From NCBI GenBank assembly GCA_035221665.1, contig CM069153.1:33542001-33606000 (forward strand): a stretch of 64,000 nucleotides of DNA, written 5' to 3'. Shown in pieces: positions 11,436-25,100 of this stretch (positions are counted from its first letter, which is position 1; every line of letters starts with the position of its first letter). This DNA is from Okamejei kenojei (taxonomy: Eukaryota). The notes beneath the pieces were generated by a model, which had not been told where the DNA came from, did no database searches, and saw nothing but the letters and a program-made list of their open reading frames with translations. The translations under genes were made by a program, and so were the position numbers.

Positions 11436-12319
11436 TGCCAACTGTCCTCGGTTCGATATGTAAATCCCAGTTTCAGATCCTAGACTCCAGATGTTTTATA
11501 AAACCACAGTTCTTGCATAGTTAGTTAGTTTTGTTTATTGTCACGTGTACCGAGGAACAGTGAAAAGCTTTTGTTGCGTGCAGTGGAAAGGCTACAATGA
11601 TTACAATCGAGCCATTCATAGCATACAGATACACGATAAGGTAATAACGTTTAGTGCAAGGTAAAGCTCGATTAAAGATAGTCCGAGGTTCCCAGATGAG
11701 GTAAATAGTGGTTCAGGTCGGGTTGGCGTGGTGGAGGATGATGGAGCGTGGGGGCATGAGAACAAACCTTAATGATCCCCAAGGTGTGCAGCAGAGCTCT
11801 GTTTGAAGGAGCAATTATTTTATGACATTTTCAAGTGCAAGAGTCTGTTCTCTTCATTCTTGCTGGTGAAACCCTTCCTTGCTTTTATTATCACTGGACC
11901 TAATCAATCAGTTCTTTATCTGACAGGCTCCCACTTTCCACCCTTTTTGATTGTCAGATCGTCCCCTCTGTGCTCATTATGTTGACTTGCAGCATTCATG
12001 AACTCATCACCCGTGAGCTCACTGACTTGCACAGGCCTCCTCTCCGCCAATACCTCAATTTTAAAATTCTCAGGATCTTGTTCAAATCTCTCCATGTCCT
12101 TATCCCTTTACAATAGCTTTACCATAACTTAGCTTTGCAACCATCCAAGAGCTCTGCACTTCTTGAGTTCTGATCTGGCCCACCCACCCCAATCCTTCAC
12201 ACCACTTTGTGGGTGTCCTCCGTCTCTGGAATTGCCTTTTTAAGCCTCTGCATTTCCCCACACTGCACCATGATGACCTTCTTTAAACCTAGCCTTTTTC
12301 CAACCTGAATACTTGGACT

Positions 12320-12775
12320 CAGCCCAGTCCATCGCAAGCACAGCTCTCCCCACCAAGAAGGTGGCAACTATCATCAAGAATTTCCACCAACCAGGCCACG
12401 TTCTCTTCTTGCTGCTACCTTTGGGCAGGAGGTACAGAAGCCTATAGTCACACACCACCAGGTTCAGGAGCAGCAACTCTTCTACAGCCATCAGGTTCTT
12501 GCTGCAGTCGGCACAACCCCAGTTCTACATTGACAATGGAACATTTTGCTCCATTTCACTGCTATCAACTTTTTTTTCTAATTACATTTTGCACTAATGT
12601 CCTGCTTCTTTTGAGTTTTGTTTTTCAGAAATTTTGCAGAATTTATGTATAATTTATTTTGGGTTTGTCTGTGTCTACGTGCCTGTGATCTTGTGGCAAG
12701 CAATGTGTTCATTGTGCCTGTACCTCCCAGTACTTTGCATATGACAATAAACTCAACTTGACGTGACTTGAATTC
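12320..12775 (+). mobile_element. Rex1/Babar-type LINE 3' end, degraded
   Basis: caccaaccaggccacgttctcttcttgctgctacctttgggcaggaggtacagaagcct...accaccaggttcagg, ending caataaactcaacttgacgtgacttga; reverse complement of 52810-52920. Confidence 0.65.
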
Positions 12776-15309
12776 AGTTTTCTGTCCAATTGCATTTCTA
12801 TCAGTTAAAGCCACAGTCAAGGTTGACAGGTTTTTACCATTATTGAGATGAATGAACCTCAAAATATTGCTACATCTTTTCTGAAGTGACCATCAAAATT
12901 CAAACACGAGTGTAGTTATCCAACAAATTAAATCATACCTTGCTTAACAAAGCTTAGCACATTTGTTCAGGGCAACTAAGCTACCTGAGGCTTTAAAATT
13001 GAGAAAGGCGTGGCAGATTAATATTATAGCATCAAATGTACTAAAATGATGTGGTCTTTTTGGAATTTTGTAATGAGAGACAGATTATGATGTAAAGAAT
13101 ATTGACTCTATTTATAATCTGAAATGAATGAGTTTGCTTCTTTTGAGGAGAATCTGGTTTGTGTTACCTGGACATGTGTTTCAGCTTCCTCTTTTAAACA
13201 AGTAGGAATCCCTTCACAATCAGCTTCTCATGAGCTGGAATCTAAGCCTTAGAATCCCGGGAGTTTCTTTGGAGTCATCACTATTCATTGCAAGCAGCTT
13301 GTTACTTAACTAACACAAAACAGCTGGAATCGATTTTTAAGTAGTGTCAGAGAGTAGATTCTAAGCATCCAAAGTAATCTACACCAGGAATGAAAAGAGT
13401 TATTAAAGCTTGTGAACCTGGTCAGCAGCAAATGAAATTAATGAAATGCCCTGGACCATCACTGTGTTGTGTTCAGACCGATCTAATACTGTGTCCCAAA
13501 GTTCTGAGTAGAGGAAATTACCGCTGGTGTGACAGTGCAGGTGCTCACTAATGGCCCACTTTGAGATTAGTCTGCTGGTCCTTTTGTGCAGCACATCCAG
13601 TATGGGTTGTGAACTGTGATTCAAGGCTGTCATCCCATTAAGGATTGGTTCATGCTATTATCTGCCCCCTTGGTTACAGCAATACTTTATAGACAATTTC
13701 AGAGATAGCCTCATATCTCGTGCGTGTATAGGTCTGTACATGCTGCTGTGGGCAGCTTACATTGGCAATAAGAATAGTGAGGAATCACAGTCATTAAAGT
13801 TACAAGGTAACTGAGGATATTGAATGACTACAGGGCAGGATTAGTACGGTGATTCTGTACACTCAAAATTTACCACGGCACATGTAAGATGAGGATTTGA
13901 GCACAAGATGGAAAGGTGCTGTGTGAAAATAGTAATTGAGGAAGTGATGATATACTGGATAGCAGGCCGATCATAGGCTGGTTAGATCCCTGAATACAAC
14001 AGGGCATTGTACGTCGAAAGGATACAAGTGTTTCTTTCAGTTGAAGAACATTATTGGAATAGAAGACTGAGGGTGCTAATGTCTGAAATTAGCCCATACG
14101 TAAAAGCAAAATGACAATCTCATTGGTAGAAATATGGGCATCTACCAAAGCAACCTTAGAAACGTACTTGCACCCTCATTAGACAATGTCCCAAGTGAAC
14201 AAATTAATAGAAATGTTACAAAGTCAGTTCAACCCAGCCCCAACAAATATTATGAAAATTACAAGTTTGGGGTCAATAACCAGTTGGGATGAGGCAAAGA
14301 TTTGCTCTGAAAGACCTGGTGAAAATTCGCAATTCAATGTGTTTCTGGATCACCTCCTGAGCTATGTTTTTGCATTGATCAATGGAAAATTGCATCAATT
14401 CTGTCACTTAACATTCAAGATTTAATATTTGAATAGGCATGAAAGCCAATTATTTCCCTATGGCCTTGAATAACATATTTCTGTGGAAATGGCTTTCCAA
14501 AATATGAAGGTATTTTGGTAAGTACAGAAAGTTCATGTAAACGTGGTAAACGGACAAACGGACAAAACGTGGTAAAATGGACAAACAACAGGAAATGTCC
14601 TACGATATGATAAAACTTTAGTCATCCCCGGAGGGAATGGCCTGGGTCACTGAAGTGCGAGTGGCATGAAAAACAAGTTCTGCCACCCTTGCAATGGGAA
14701 TCATTGAACACGCATGTGTCTATTCAGTTCATTGCCTGCACGATGATTAACAGGGTACATTCAAAGAGTATGTTGCCTCTGTAGGCAGGGCCAAATATGG
14801 CAGTCAAACAGTTTCCCAACTGAAGAGGAACAATGCAGTGACAATGACAGAAAAGAGATTTACATAACATTTAGGCATACATTTAAAAAACATATACACC
14901 AACAGGAATAATGACATTGTTTAAATATCAGAAGTTAATAATCAAGACAGTGATTTGAATGTTAATCCACCCAATACTTTTCCATTGCACAAAGTCAGCA
15001 TTAAAAGTTATCAAGAGATACAACAAAAAACAAACTCTTCAGCCTTCTGAGCTTGCAATGATAAGCAGCCATAACACTTATGGCAAGGAATTCAACTAAA
15101 TAATGCTGGGAAAATTCACTTTGGAGAGTCCCTGGAAATATTAGACAACTGGAACATGTTTTTTTCCTAAATTGGCTGGTAATGTCTACAGTATGATTCT
15201 ACTAGGAATGGATTGATTGGAAGCGTTGTGATTGGTTTGGACAAAACTGTTTGGCATGAGTGCATCAGCATTTGTCCTGGAAAAACAAAGAGATGCTCAA
15301 GCAAGAATA

Positions 15310-15409
15310 AGGGGTCTGAAGAAGGGTTTCGGCCCGAAACGTTGCCTATCTCCTTCGCTCCATAGATGCTGCTGCACCTGCTGAGTTTCTCCAGCATTTT
15401 GTGTACCCC
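15310..15409 (+). mobile_element. Short PLE-derived element (hammerhead core plus tail) with a 12-bp TSD
   Basis: Flanks caagcaagaata (15298-15309) and caaggaagaata (15410-15421). Confidence 0.75.
15316..15343 (+). ncRNA. Minimal hammerhead ribozyme core, UUCG-loop variant
   Basis: CUGAAGA-A-GGGU(UUCG)GCCC-GAAAC-GUU; upstream GGGU can pair with downstream GCCU as stem I. Confidence 0.6.
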
Positions 15410-15659
15410 CAAGGAAGAATATTTGGGCACAGAATTGAATTCCAAGCGTATCTACTGTGAATACAAGCCAGAGCTCCATGCAATGGTGGAAGAGCTAAAC
15501 AAATTTAAGTGACGTGCAGTATTGTTAACAGGAACAAAGTTACTGGGCAAGACCAGTAATGGTTACTGAAAAGAACATTTGGTTGCATGGACCTCTCAGA
15601 ATGACTCACTATAGAGCAGTTGATGATGCCCCACCTGGATGCACACCCATTTCTTCCTC

Positions 15660-16140
15660 AACCCTGCTCACTTTTACCTTCCCCTGTCCTCTTCCACCTA
15701 CATTCTTTCCTCTGGCTTTACATTTCAGGCCTCTTCTCTCCTTTTCTCCTTATCTCAAGGCCTATTGTCTGCTCATCTTGCCATTGTCAAGCCATCTGCT
15801 AATCAACCCCCCCCCCCCCACCCCCCCCCTCCATCATTTGTAGATAGACACAAAAAACTCAGCGGGTCAAGCTGGGTCAAGAGCCTTCTTCAGGCGTCTT
15901 GACCTGAAACATCACCTATTCCTTTACTCCAGAGATACTGCCTGACCCGCTGAGTTACTCCAGCTTTTTGTGTCTATCTTCAGTGTAAACCAGCATTTGC
16001 AGTTCCCTCCTACACCCACCCTCATCTGTATCCACCTATCACTTGCATGGATTTATCCCGCCCTACCCCTCTTCCGGGATTCTGCTTCACCTCCCCACTC
16101 ACTACAATCAGTCTGAAGAAGGGTCCTGATACAAAATGTC
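15660..16140 (+). mobile_element. PLE 3' UTR with a nested fold-back PLE tail (~15840-16015)
   Basis: Pyrimidine-rich UTR ending actacaatcagtctgaagaagggtcctga; resembles the reverse complement of 1740-1900. Confidence 0.65.
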
Positions 16141-17124
16141 AGCTATTCATGCCCTGCAGAGTCTTGGACAACTGGAAGGGAAAGTGGAGATGCAATGATA
16201 TCAGGAGAGCTGTCATGGCACAAGCTGCACCAGAGCTTCAGCCTGTATGTTCTAGTTGTGTACTGAGACCTCCCAGCTGGTTGAGGTTGATTTCTGCCTC
16301 TGTCATGCCTAGTATTACATCATTTTTGGTGTGATGCCCTGGAAATGAAGTCACATTATTTGTGAGATGTGCCTGTTGTTGGACATTCTTGGAACAACCA
16401 TGTCTTGACAGTGACCAGATTCATTTTAAAAGGATCCTCTTTGAAGAGATCCCAACTGGGTGCGAGGAACCCAACTCGAGTGGGTTGCTTTTGAATATTT
16501 TAACTGTTCTGCTCTTCTCCCGACATTGTACCCACACCAGTCATTTTACAAAATTCTGGAAAATCCCACCCCCTGGCCTTGCTTTCTATGTAGATCCCAT
16601 TCACAACCTCCTCCATCAGCCCCTCCCTCACTCCCCACCACACGCAACCATGGCCCCAATGTCTAAACAACTACAAAACCTAGATCTGCAAGACATCCCC
16701 TGGAACCAATTGGGTTCCATCCATTAGCTTTCCCTCCCCCACATCCGGTGGCAGCATTGGACATTGTATGTTTTGTTGGCATGCTAAGATTGTGAGACCG
16801 GTAATTGGTGGAAACCCTGGGCTTCAAGCATTGCTGATTGTGCTGTGGAGATCTCACAGGTGAAACAATCATGATCACGGATATGCAGTGCTCCAGCAAA
16901 GGGTATCAATGGATGTACAAGCCACCTTGTTTCAGTTTCTTCAATAACTTCCACTATCTGTTTCTCATAAAATTGGATGAAAGGGGCACTTTGATTGGGA
17001 TGGGGGATTCTGGAAATATATGCAATTGATAGCACTACTGGTTAAAGATGCTCTTTACAGAGGCACTTGATGCTGAAGACACTTTCACTCTCATTCACTT
17101 GTAATGCAGATAAGATTTTGAAAC

Positions 17125-17265
17125 AAGATAGACACAAAATGCTGGAGTAACTCAGCGGGACAGGCAGTATCTCTAAGGAATGGGTGACGTTTCAAGTCTA
17201 GATCCTTCTTCAGACTCTACCTGAACGTATCCATTCCTTCTATCTGGAGGTGCAGTTCCTTCCAC
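17125..17265. mobile_element. Fold-back PLE tail element
   Basis: gacacaaaatgctggagtaactcagcgggacaggcag...ccttcttcagact. Confidence 0.7.
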
Positions 17266-17269
17266 TTAC

Positions 17270-17430
17270 ATATGTGCATATGAGTGTATTACTGTCTGTC
17301 TGTGTGTGTGTGTAAGAGTGTAGATGTGTATAGGTGTTTGTAAATGTGCATATATGTATGCCTGTGCGAGTGCACATCTGGGTATGTGTAAGTGCCGCGT
17401 GTGTGTATGTGTGGTGAGTGTATTCATGCA
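17270..17430. repeat. Degenerate TG-rich low-complexity tract
   Basis: Read directly. Confidence 0.85.
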
Positions 17431-17624
17431 TCTACATAGTCAGATATCTACCTTGCTGGAAAATGTACTGAGGTAAACAATGCCCCTGTGGAATAATGCT
17501 TAATATGATTTTGTTTAGTTTACTGTCACGTGTATCGAGGTACAGTGCAAAGCTTTTGTTGCATGTTAACCAGTCAGCGGAAAGTTAAGACCTTACATGA
17601 TTACAATTGAAGCACAGCCTACCA

Positions 17625-18180
17625 GCAGGCATAGCTTTAAGATGAGAGGGGCAATGTTTAAAAGGATAGTGCGGGGCAGGTTTTTACACAGAGGGTGTTG
17701 GCTGCCTGGAACACACTACAATAGTGGCATTTATGAGGTTTCTGGACAGGTACATGGATATGCAAGAAATTTTTAGCTTTAAGGATACAGCGTGGAAACG
17801 GGTCCTTCGGCCCACCGAGACCGCGCCGACCAGTGATCCCCGCACATTCACACTGTCCTACACACACTAGGGACAATTTACACATACACCAAGCCAATTA
17901 ACCTACCAACCTGTACACCTTTGGAGTGTGGGAGGAAACCGAAGATCTCAAAGAAAACCACATGGTCACGGGGAGAACATACAAGCTCCGTGCAGACAGC
18001 ACCCGTAGTCGGGATCGAACCCGGGTCTCCAGCGTTGCAAAGGTAGCAACTCTACCCCTGAGCCTTCCCAGAATATGGATTATGTGCAGGACAGAGAAGA
18101 GTTTGGCCTGGCATTAAGTTCGGCACGGACATTGTGGGCCAAAGGGCCAGTTCCTGTGCTGTACTTTTCTATGTTTTATG
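17625..18180 (+). mobile_element. CR1 LINE 3' fragment interrupted by a SINE
   Basis: gcatagctttaagatgagaggggcaatgtttaaaagg...; tail gggccaaagggccagttcctgtgctgtac near 18140. Confidence 0.7.
17775..18065 (-). mobile_element. HE1/V-SINE-like SINE, well preserved
   Basis: gatacagcgtggaaacgggtccttcggcccaccgag...gtcgggatcgaacccgggtctc (B-box-like)...agcaactctacc. Confidence 0.85.
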
Positions 18181-19164
18181 GTGTGTTTGCCTGGACTGCC
18201 TGCATGGAAGTTTTGATGGAAGCATAATCATCCCAGATTGTTAATTGCTGCTTTTCTCTCACTCCCTGGCAATGTCCCAGCTATCACCCTCTCCTAGGGG
18301 ATGTGTTCCACTATTATCTTTCATTGTTTATTCTGAAGCTTCATTTCCTCAAGTCCCTGAATCCCAGAGTGCAGGTGTAAATTTCTGAAGATCTCATAAG
18401 AACTCATAAGATAGATTCAAAATCAAAAAAAATCCAGCATCAAAAGTGAAATTAAATGAAGCTTTCCCCAGCCTTAATACTTCATTGTGACCACCTTGGG
18501 TTACATGTCATAAGACATAGATTTCAGGATTTTTCTGCTTGAGGATTTTTTTCAGTTTCATTAAAGGTCCACTTATTTTTGATTTTCTGTGATCAATTAA
18601 ATCTCACTGCAATGAAAGGCCCTGCTTCAAAAGTTCCATCTTGAAATCATCCTCACAGCATGACGTGCAAAACAAATGACTGAATTGCCTCAAACCTTCA
18701 TTGTTTTGGTTTACTGTCCAACCATCTAAAATATGTTATTCAAGGTCATATGAATATATAAGTTGGTGCAAACGAGGACAACAGGCAGGCCAAAACCAGC
18801 TAGTAATGTAACTTCCTGGCTATTTATGGTCTATTATTACTCACCTCTGTTACTATCTTTTCATTGATTTTTTTTTTTTTTTAATTGATGCTGGCCACAT
18901 AAAATCAAATTTCTTTACATTGATCCATAAACTGCCCATGTAAAATCCAAAAAAACAAGACTTGCATTAAAATGTTACAGTGTGTGTATTCCCAAAGTGC
19001 TCTGCAGCCTTCAGATGCTGCCTGAGCTGTTGGAAATTTCCACCACTTTCAGTTTTTACAAACAGTGAGGTGTTCCTAAATCCACATTTTCATCTGGAAA
19101 CAGCAGTAGCAATTTATAATCCATTGAGGTGTGAGGATTAAGGGTGTAAGCATAGTGGATACAA

Positions 19165-19560
19165 TAACCAAGATATTGCCTGGAGCTGAGGGCCATAGTT
19201 ATCAGGACAGATTTGAAAGGCAGGATCTGTTTTCGCTGGAACAAAAGAACCTGAGGAGTGATTTGATTGAGGTTTATAAAATCACAGGAGGCATGGGTAA
19301 GTTAGAAACATTTTCCATGGTGGAGGTGGCTAAACCAGTGGGCACAGGATTAAGATGAGAGAGAAGAGATTTTATCTGAGGAGAATGTTTTTCACAGAGT
19401 TTGGTTGATATTTGGAGCGCAATGCAAAATAGGTGGTGGAGCCACACAATTTAAGAGGCATTTAGAGAGGCGCTTAGAAAGATCGGGTAAATGGGATTTG
19501 TGTTGAAAGTTACAATGGTTAGCATGGACATGGTGGGCAGAATGTCTATGCAGTATGACT
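19165..19560 (+). mobile_element. CR1 LINE 3' fragment
   Basis: Translates to LFSLEQKNLRSDLIEVYKITGG, a typical CR1 ORF2 C-terminal motif. Confidence 0.8.
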
Positions 19561-19594
19561 CGAATAACAATTTTTAATGATGGTTCACACGTTA

Positions 19595-19990
19595 TAGTAG
19601 AATTAGACCATTCGGCCCATTGAGTCTATTCTACTATTCAGTCATGGCTGATCTCTGGCTCCTAATCCAATTTTACTGCCTCCTAATCCCATTTTCCTGC
19701 CTTCTCCCAATAACCCTTGACACTTGTACTAATCAAGAATTTGTCTATCTGCCTTAAAAATATCCACTGACTTGGCCTCCACAGCCCTCTGTGGCAATGA
19801 GTTCCACTAATTAATTCCCCTCTGACCAAAGACGTTCCTCCTTACCTCCTTTCTAAAAGAGCACCCTTTAGTTCTGAGCCCAGAGTTCTGGTCCTAGAGT
19901 CTTCCGCCAGTGGAAACATCCTTTCCACATCCACTCTATCTATGCCTTTCGTTATTCTGTAAGTTTCAATGAGGTCCTCCCTCAACCGTC
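19595..19990 (-). mobile_element. CR1 LINE 3' fragment
   Basis: RRLREDLIETYRITKGIDRVDVERMFPL on the minus strand plus the tail. Confidence 0.85.
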
Positions 19991-20019
19991 TGGTGTTGGA
20001 GGAAAAGCGAGGAAGGTGA

Positions 20020-20345
20020 TGGAGGCACAGCCAGCCGAGCCACTGCCTCACAGCGCCAGAGACCCAGGTTCAACCCTGAGTGCTAACTAAGTGGAGTTTG
20101 CAAGTTCGCCCTGTGATTGCATGCGTTTCCTCTGTGTGCTCCGGTTTCCTCCCACATCCCAAAGACATGTGGGTTGGTAAGTAAATTTTCTGGTGTAATT
20201 TCTTATTCGTAACATCTGGGGGAATTGATGAGAATGTTGGGAGAATAAAAAACAGGATTAATGTACGATTAATTTAAATAGTTGGTTGAAGTTCAGCATG
20301 TCGTGGTGGATTGAAGGGCCCGTTTACCTGCTGTAGCATTCTATG
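20020..20345 (+). mobile_element. HE1/V-SINE-like SINE
   Basis: ctgcctcacagcgccagagacccaggttcaaccc...ctccggtttcctcccacatcccaaagac. Confidence 0.8.
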
Positions 20346-20354
20346 AATAAAACT

Positions 20355-20490
20355 TGACCAGCTGCCTTCAAACAATGCAATGGGATTTTTACACCCTGAG
20401 CAGGTAGACAAGGCTTCACTTTAATATTTCATGTGTGAAACAGGATGGCTGTCAGGGCAACACTCCCTCGGTATAACACTGAGAGTTTTT
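20355..20490 (-). mobile_element. Deu-domain SINE relic
   Basis: atgggatttttacaccctgagcaggtagac...cactccctcggta, reverse complement of the core at 23690-23790. Confidence 0.5.
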
Positions 20491-21224
20491 ATTCTAGAAT
20501 TATTTTTGGAGAGGGACCAAGACCCAACTAACACTCAATGGGGCATTCTTTAAATGTGATTTAACCCGCATGAGGCCATTAATACTCCAGCTTCGAGTTC
20601 CACGGCTGCAAGTTCACACTCAGATTGTCATTTGGAGGAAGGAAACCAAGCTCCACATTTGGCTGGATGGGCTGAAGCCAATTCAACTGAGATCAGCCAG
20701 CTTGACACCAAGCTGAGTGGGAAATGGAGCTTGGGTCTTCTGATTCCCCATGCCACAGCTGCATGTCGGGTAATGTCTTCCTTTACTGAGCTTCCAGGCA
20801 GGTGGGCCCTCTGGGTAGAGGTGGGAGTACCTTATTTTCCGCTTGGTAACAATTACTCAGAAAGTACAGTATCATGAGCCCTAAGGAGTTGATGTAAATG
20901 CATTTGGTCATAAAGACCATCATCACTATTAAATTCCACAGTAACACCGACGGTGGGAAGTCCACCTCAAACAGACTCTATATGAAGTTTTAGACAGAAC
21001 TGATAAGGATTACTTGCCCCAAAACTCTTGTCCAAACTGACTAAGTTCTCAATTAGTGGTATATGCATGCTCCCCAGCTTCATCTCCAGTGCAGTTACAT
21101 CACCCTTATCATTACAGGGAGGGTGTGATGACCTTGACGAGGATACAAGGGAGATTCAGCAGCATGATTCCAAGAGATGGTGTGCTTTAGTTACGAATAA
21201 ATTTGAGAGCTAACCTTGTTGTCC

Positions 21225-21595
21225 CTGATGCTGAGGGGTTTGCAATAGACGTGTTCCAAATTATGAAGGGCACAGACATGCTAGATGTAGGAAATATTTC
21301 CTCATAACCAAGGTGTCAACAACTAAAGGACATTCGGTAAAGGAGAGAGAAGCTCTTGAGGAGATCTGTTGAAGATCTTTTTCACTCATAATGTTGTTGG
21401 AAACTTCCCCGGCACACTGGCTGAGAGGTTGGTGGAGGAAGGCACTCCCTCACAACATTTAAGAAATATACTGATGAGCATTAAGAAATAGAAAGCTATT
21501 TACCAAAAATGCCCATGAAAGGGATAGTTGGTGTAGATGGTTAATTGGTGGTCTGCATGGACAGGGCACAGGTTTCCGTGCTCTATGACTCTGTG
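21225..21595 (+). mobile_element. CR1 LINE 3' fragment, degraded
   Basis: gctgaggggtttgcaatagacgtgttccaaattatgaaggg...tttccgtgctctatgactct. Confidence 0.7.
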
Positions 21596-23589
21596 ATCTA
21601 CTTCTATTCCTCTATTATATTTCCAAGTCAAAAGCAAATTTTGCGGCTAATGTGGAGTCTCGGCCTCTTCATCCCTGGCAGGCAATGTGTATTAGCGGAG
21701 TTATAACCCAGTCTGAACCGCAGCTGCAGAATCCTAGTTGTCAGCATAAAGGTGAATTCAGACTGCAGGGTTTCCACTAAATAGATGGCTCCAATAGTCC
21801 TCAAATTACATTGAAAAGAAAAATGAATACAATATAGAATAGGAATTACCAAGGATGCCAAGGATAAAACCGTCTACTGAGGCGAGCTAGCATCTGTTCA
21901 GAAAAATCAGACTGCTCCACAAAAGGCATTTCCAATAATCTTTAGATGGTGAATCTTCTTTAGAGGTCTTGCTGGTACAACATGTTATCGAAAGTAAAAC
22001 CATTCTTTGGCCTTTAAAATAAGCTACAAATATACTGGAGTATGATGCTTGAGATATTCACATCATAGTCCTTTGGCAATTGTTTGAGCTGGGATGCTAA
22101 TCCGTTTATTTGACATTGGTTCAAAACTTTGTTTAAATAACCTACAGAGAAATCTGGTTAAGCTTCACACAGAATTTACAGCACTGAAGCAAAGTATTCA
22201 ACCTTACTAGTCAACCTCTTCTATCTACTCCTTAAAAGCATTGTTACACAATACTAGTTACTTAGAAAACTTTTTTTTTTAATTTCTCAACATAAATGTT
22301 TTTTTTCTCCTTTTGTTTTTGCATATCAGCCATCAGCTAGCCCATTTCAACAATGCAATTTACTTACTGCTAAAAGTTGATACATTTCTGCTGTATTATT
22401 TATAAATTGCACAGATTTGTTTTGTTTGAAACAAGCACGGGATAAATCGTGTGTATTATTTCCCATTTGTTTCATTTTGCATCATTGAATTAGTAAATTG
22501 CTCCATTAAAATAATTTGTAAATTGTCCATTTTTATCGATGATGTGACTCTAATCAATTCAGATGCAAAATGAATTGGTCTATTGGCTGTGTTCAGCAGG
22601 TTCCTTGCCACTGTAACGCACCAGCTTGTGATAAATCATGAAGGGCATGATAAAATTGAGTGTAGTGTTCAAGTTCCAGCCAACTGAGGATTTAACAAGA
22701 AGGGAAAAATGGAATGACGTGTTACACCGAACAAAGCAAGGGTATCAGAAAACAACTAATGTTTTGATGGTGTAATGTCTTCCTAAAGGGCAGAAGTTTT
22801 GGAAATGTGTGGTTTGTCTGTCCAAAAGATAAAATACTCCCTGTAGTTAGATGCCATTGTCTAATGGAGGAACTAATTGAAATACTTACTCTGTTTTACT
22901 ATCAAATTGACTGCTAATTTAGGTTAAAAATGGTTTCAGGGATTATATCCTGTTCAGATAACCTATGCTCCTGGTACATAAGTGCCGTGATACATTTATC
23001 TCGGTGTTCCATGTCTATGTGTGATCTGCTTAGTACTTTTCACACGACGGCTGGTACTGCTATGAGTGAGTTGTGGCCTGCCCCCATACAAAGCTGACAG
23101 CTCCCCTTCACATGCTGTCCATCTGGCATCAGGAGAAGGGCTGCATTTGATTCAGTTGGGCGCAACTGAAATGCAATATTTTCCACTGATATTCCACATT
23201 TCCCCATTTTTGTGTGCTGTGAACTGGCATGGAGCACAGCGAAGGAGCAAGTATTTAACATCAGCCACAATGTGACAAAGGGGTGTCTATCTAATGCTGA
23301 GGTGACTTGATAACACTAGTTGCCCCAGCTGTATGGGATCAGCTGCTTCCATTGAGTACACGTGTTTGAATAATAGGTTTATGTTCTAGATCCGTCATGT
23401 CTTCCACAGCTTAGGAGCTGGTTAGTTTTCTCTTCAGAGCAAGTTGTACAGATGTGCACATGCAAGCTTGTATGTGTATTCTCTCAATATTCAGCGTGTT
23501 TTCCACCTAATAAATAGCTTGAAGTGCAATCATTGTTGACATGCAGGTCAAATGGAAGTTTGGCTGCCTCCAGGTCTCACCAGTGGATC

Positions 23590-23940
23590 AGCTGTTAACA
23601 TTCTTGCTTTCTGCAAGAGCGATTTGTGTATTCAAATCCCACATCAGGGATTAGAGCACAAACTCTCAGCAGGCGCACCGCCATGGTGGTACTAAGAGAG
23701 CCCTGCACTGTTGGAGGTACTACCATTCAGATGGATCATGAAACTGAGGCTTCAAAGTAAATGTAGAAGATCCCATGGTGTTATTCGTAAGACCTGGTCA
23801 ATATTTGTCTCTCATCCATCAAATGTAAACTGTTTTTCTAACAACTTGTAGAGTCTTGGTGTGCATAAATTGGCAGCTGTGCTTTGTACATTATAATGAT
23901 GTGTTCACTTCACTTTATTGGCTGTGAAATGTTCTGAAAT
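23590..23940 (+). mobile_element. Deu-domain SINE relic
   Basis: ttcaaatcccac...ctgcactgttggaggt...agatcccatgg...taaattggcagctg...attggctgtgaa. Confidence 0.6.
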
Positions 23941-24069
23941 TATTAACAATTTTCTACCATGGAAGTTATGCAAATATTGCAAATCTGACAAGTCCTGCTG
24001 TGTGGCAAGTGTGATATGAATTAGATGTTGAGCTGTCCTATGTGACCAGATCTCCTTCCCTGCTTCAGT

Positions 24070-24265
24070 TTAGTTTATGTAGGTTAGTTTATATATACCA
24101 AATAGAAACAGGCCTTTCGGCGTACCAAGTCCACTCTGACCATCAATCGCCCAGTCTGGTATCCCACTTTCTCATTCAGTCCCTACAAACTAGTGCCAAT
24201 TATTTTTACAGAGGCCAATCAACCCACGTCTTAGGGATGTTGGAGGAAACCTACGTGGTCACGGG
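24070..24265 (-). mobile_element. HE1/V-SINE-like fragment
   Basis: gaaacaggcctttcggc...atcccactttctcattc...ggaggaaacctacgtggtcacg. Confidence 0.65.
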
Positions 24266-24289
24266 GGGGGGGGGGGGGGGGGGGCTTCT

Positions 24290-24650
24290 TTAAAACTTAC
24301 CAAATAGTGAATGGCCTGGATAGAGTAGATGTGGAGAGGATGTTTCAACTTGTGGGAGACTCCAGGACCAGAGGCCATAGCCTCAGATAAATGGATGTAC
24401 CTTTAGAAAGGAGATGAGGTGGGATTTCTTTAGTCAGAGTGTAGTGAATCTGTGGAATTCATTGCCACAGAAGGCTGTGAAAGCCAATTCAATGGATATT
24501 TTTAAGGTGGGGATTGATAGATTCTTGATTAGTGCAGGTGTCAGGGGTGAAGGCAGGAGAATGGGGTTGAGAGGGAAAGATAGATCAGCCATGATTGAAT
24601 GGCGAAGTAGACTTGATGGACTGAATGGCCTAATTCTGCTCCTATAACAT
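24290..24650 (+). mobile_element. CR1 LINE 3' end
   Basis: FFSQSVVNLWNSLPQKAV motif; tail aatggcctaattctgctcctat. Confidence 0.85.
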
Positions 24651-25017
24651 GAGCTTTTGAACAATGATGCTTCTTGTTGAATTTTGGAGATAAACAAGTG
24701 GATGAATCTTTCTTTATATAGTGAGATAGAATGAGTATTTTAGAGCATACTTGATTTTCACTCAGTCATGAATGATTACTACGTTCAGCCTGCAGTCAAT
24801 CTCATTTTTACTTTCGCCGGGAAGGTGTTTCTGTAATTTGGACTAGTAATCCATTATCCAGTGCATTACGAGTTGCAACTCCAATGGTTATCTGAGAAGT
24901 TGTGTTCCGTTTAATTTAAAGTGAAATAAGAATCATTGTATTGTCAGTGATTGTGAACCAGTTACATTATTCTGGTTACTAGTCTGGTTACTAGTCCCTT
25001 TTAAGCAAGCCATTCAT

Positions 25018-25100
25018 TCGAAGGGCCGAATGGACTACTCCTGCACCTATTGTCTATTATTGGGGATAGTCAACCATGATCACATTGAATGGCGGTGCTG
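25018..25100 (+). mobile_element. CR1 3' tail with its two halves in swapped order
   Basis: Compared with the intact order at 48869-48947. Confidence 0.7.
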
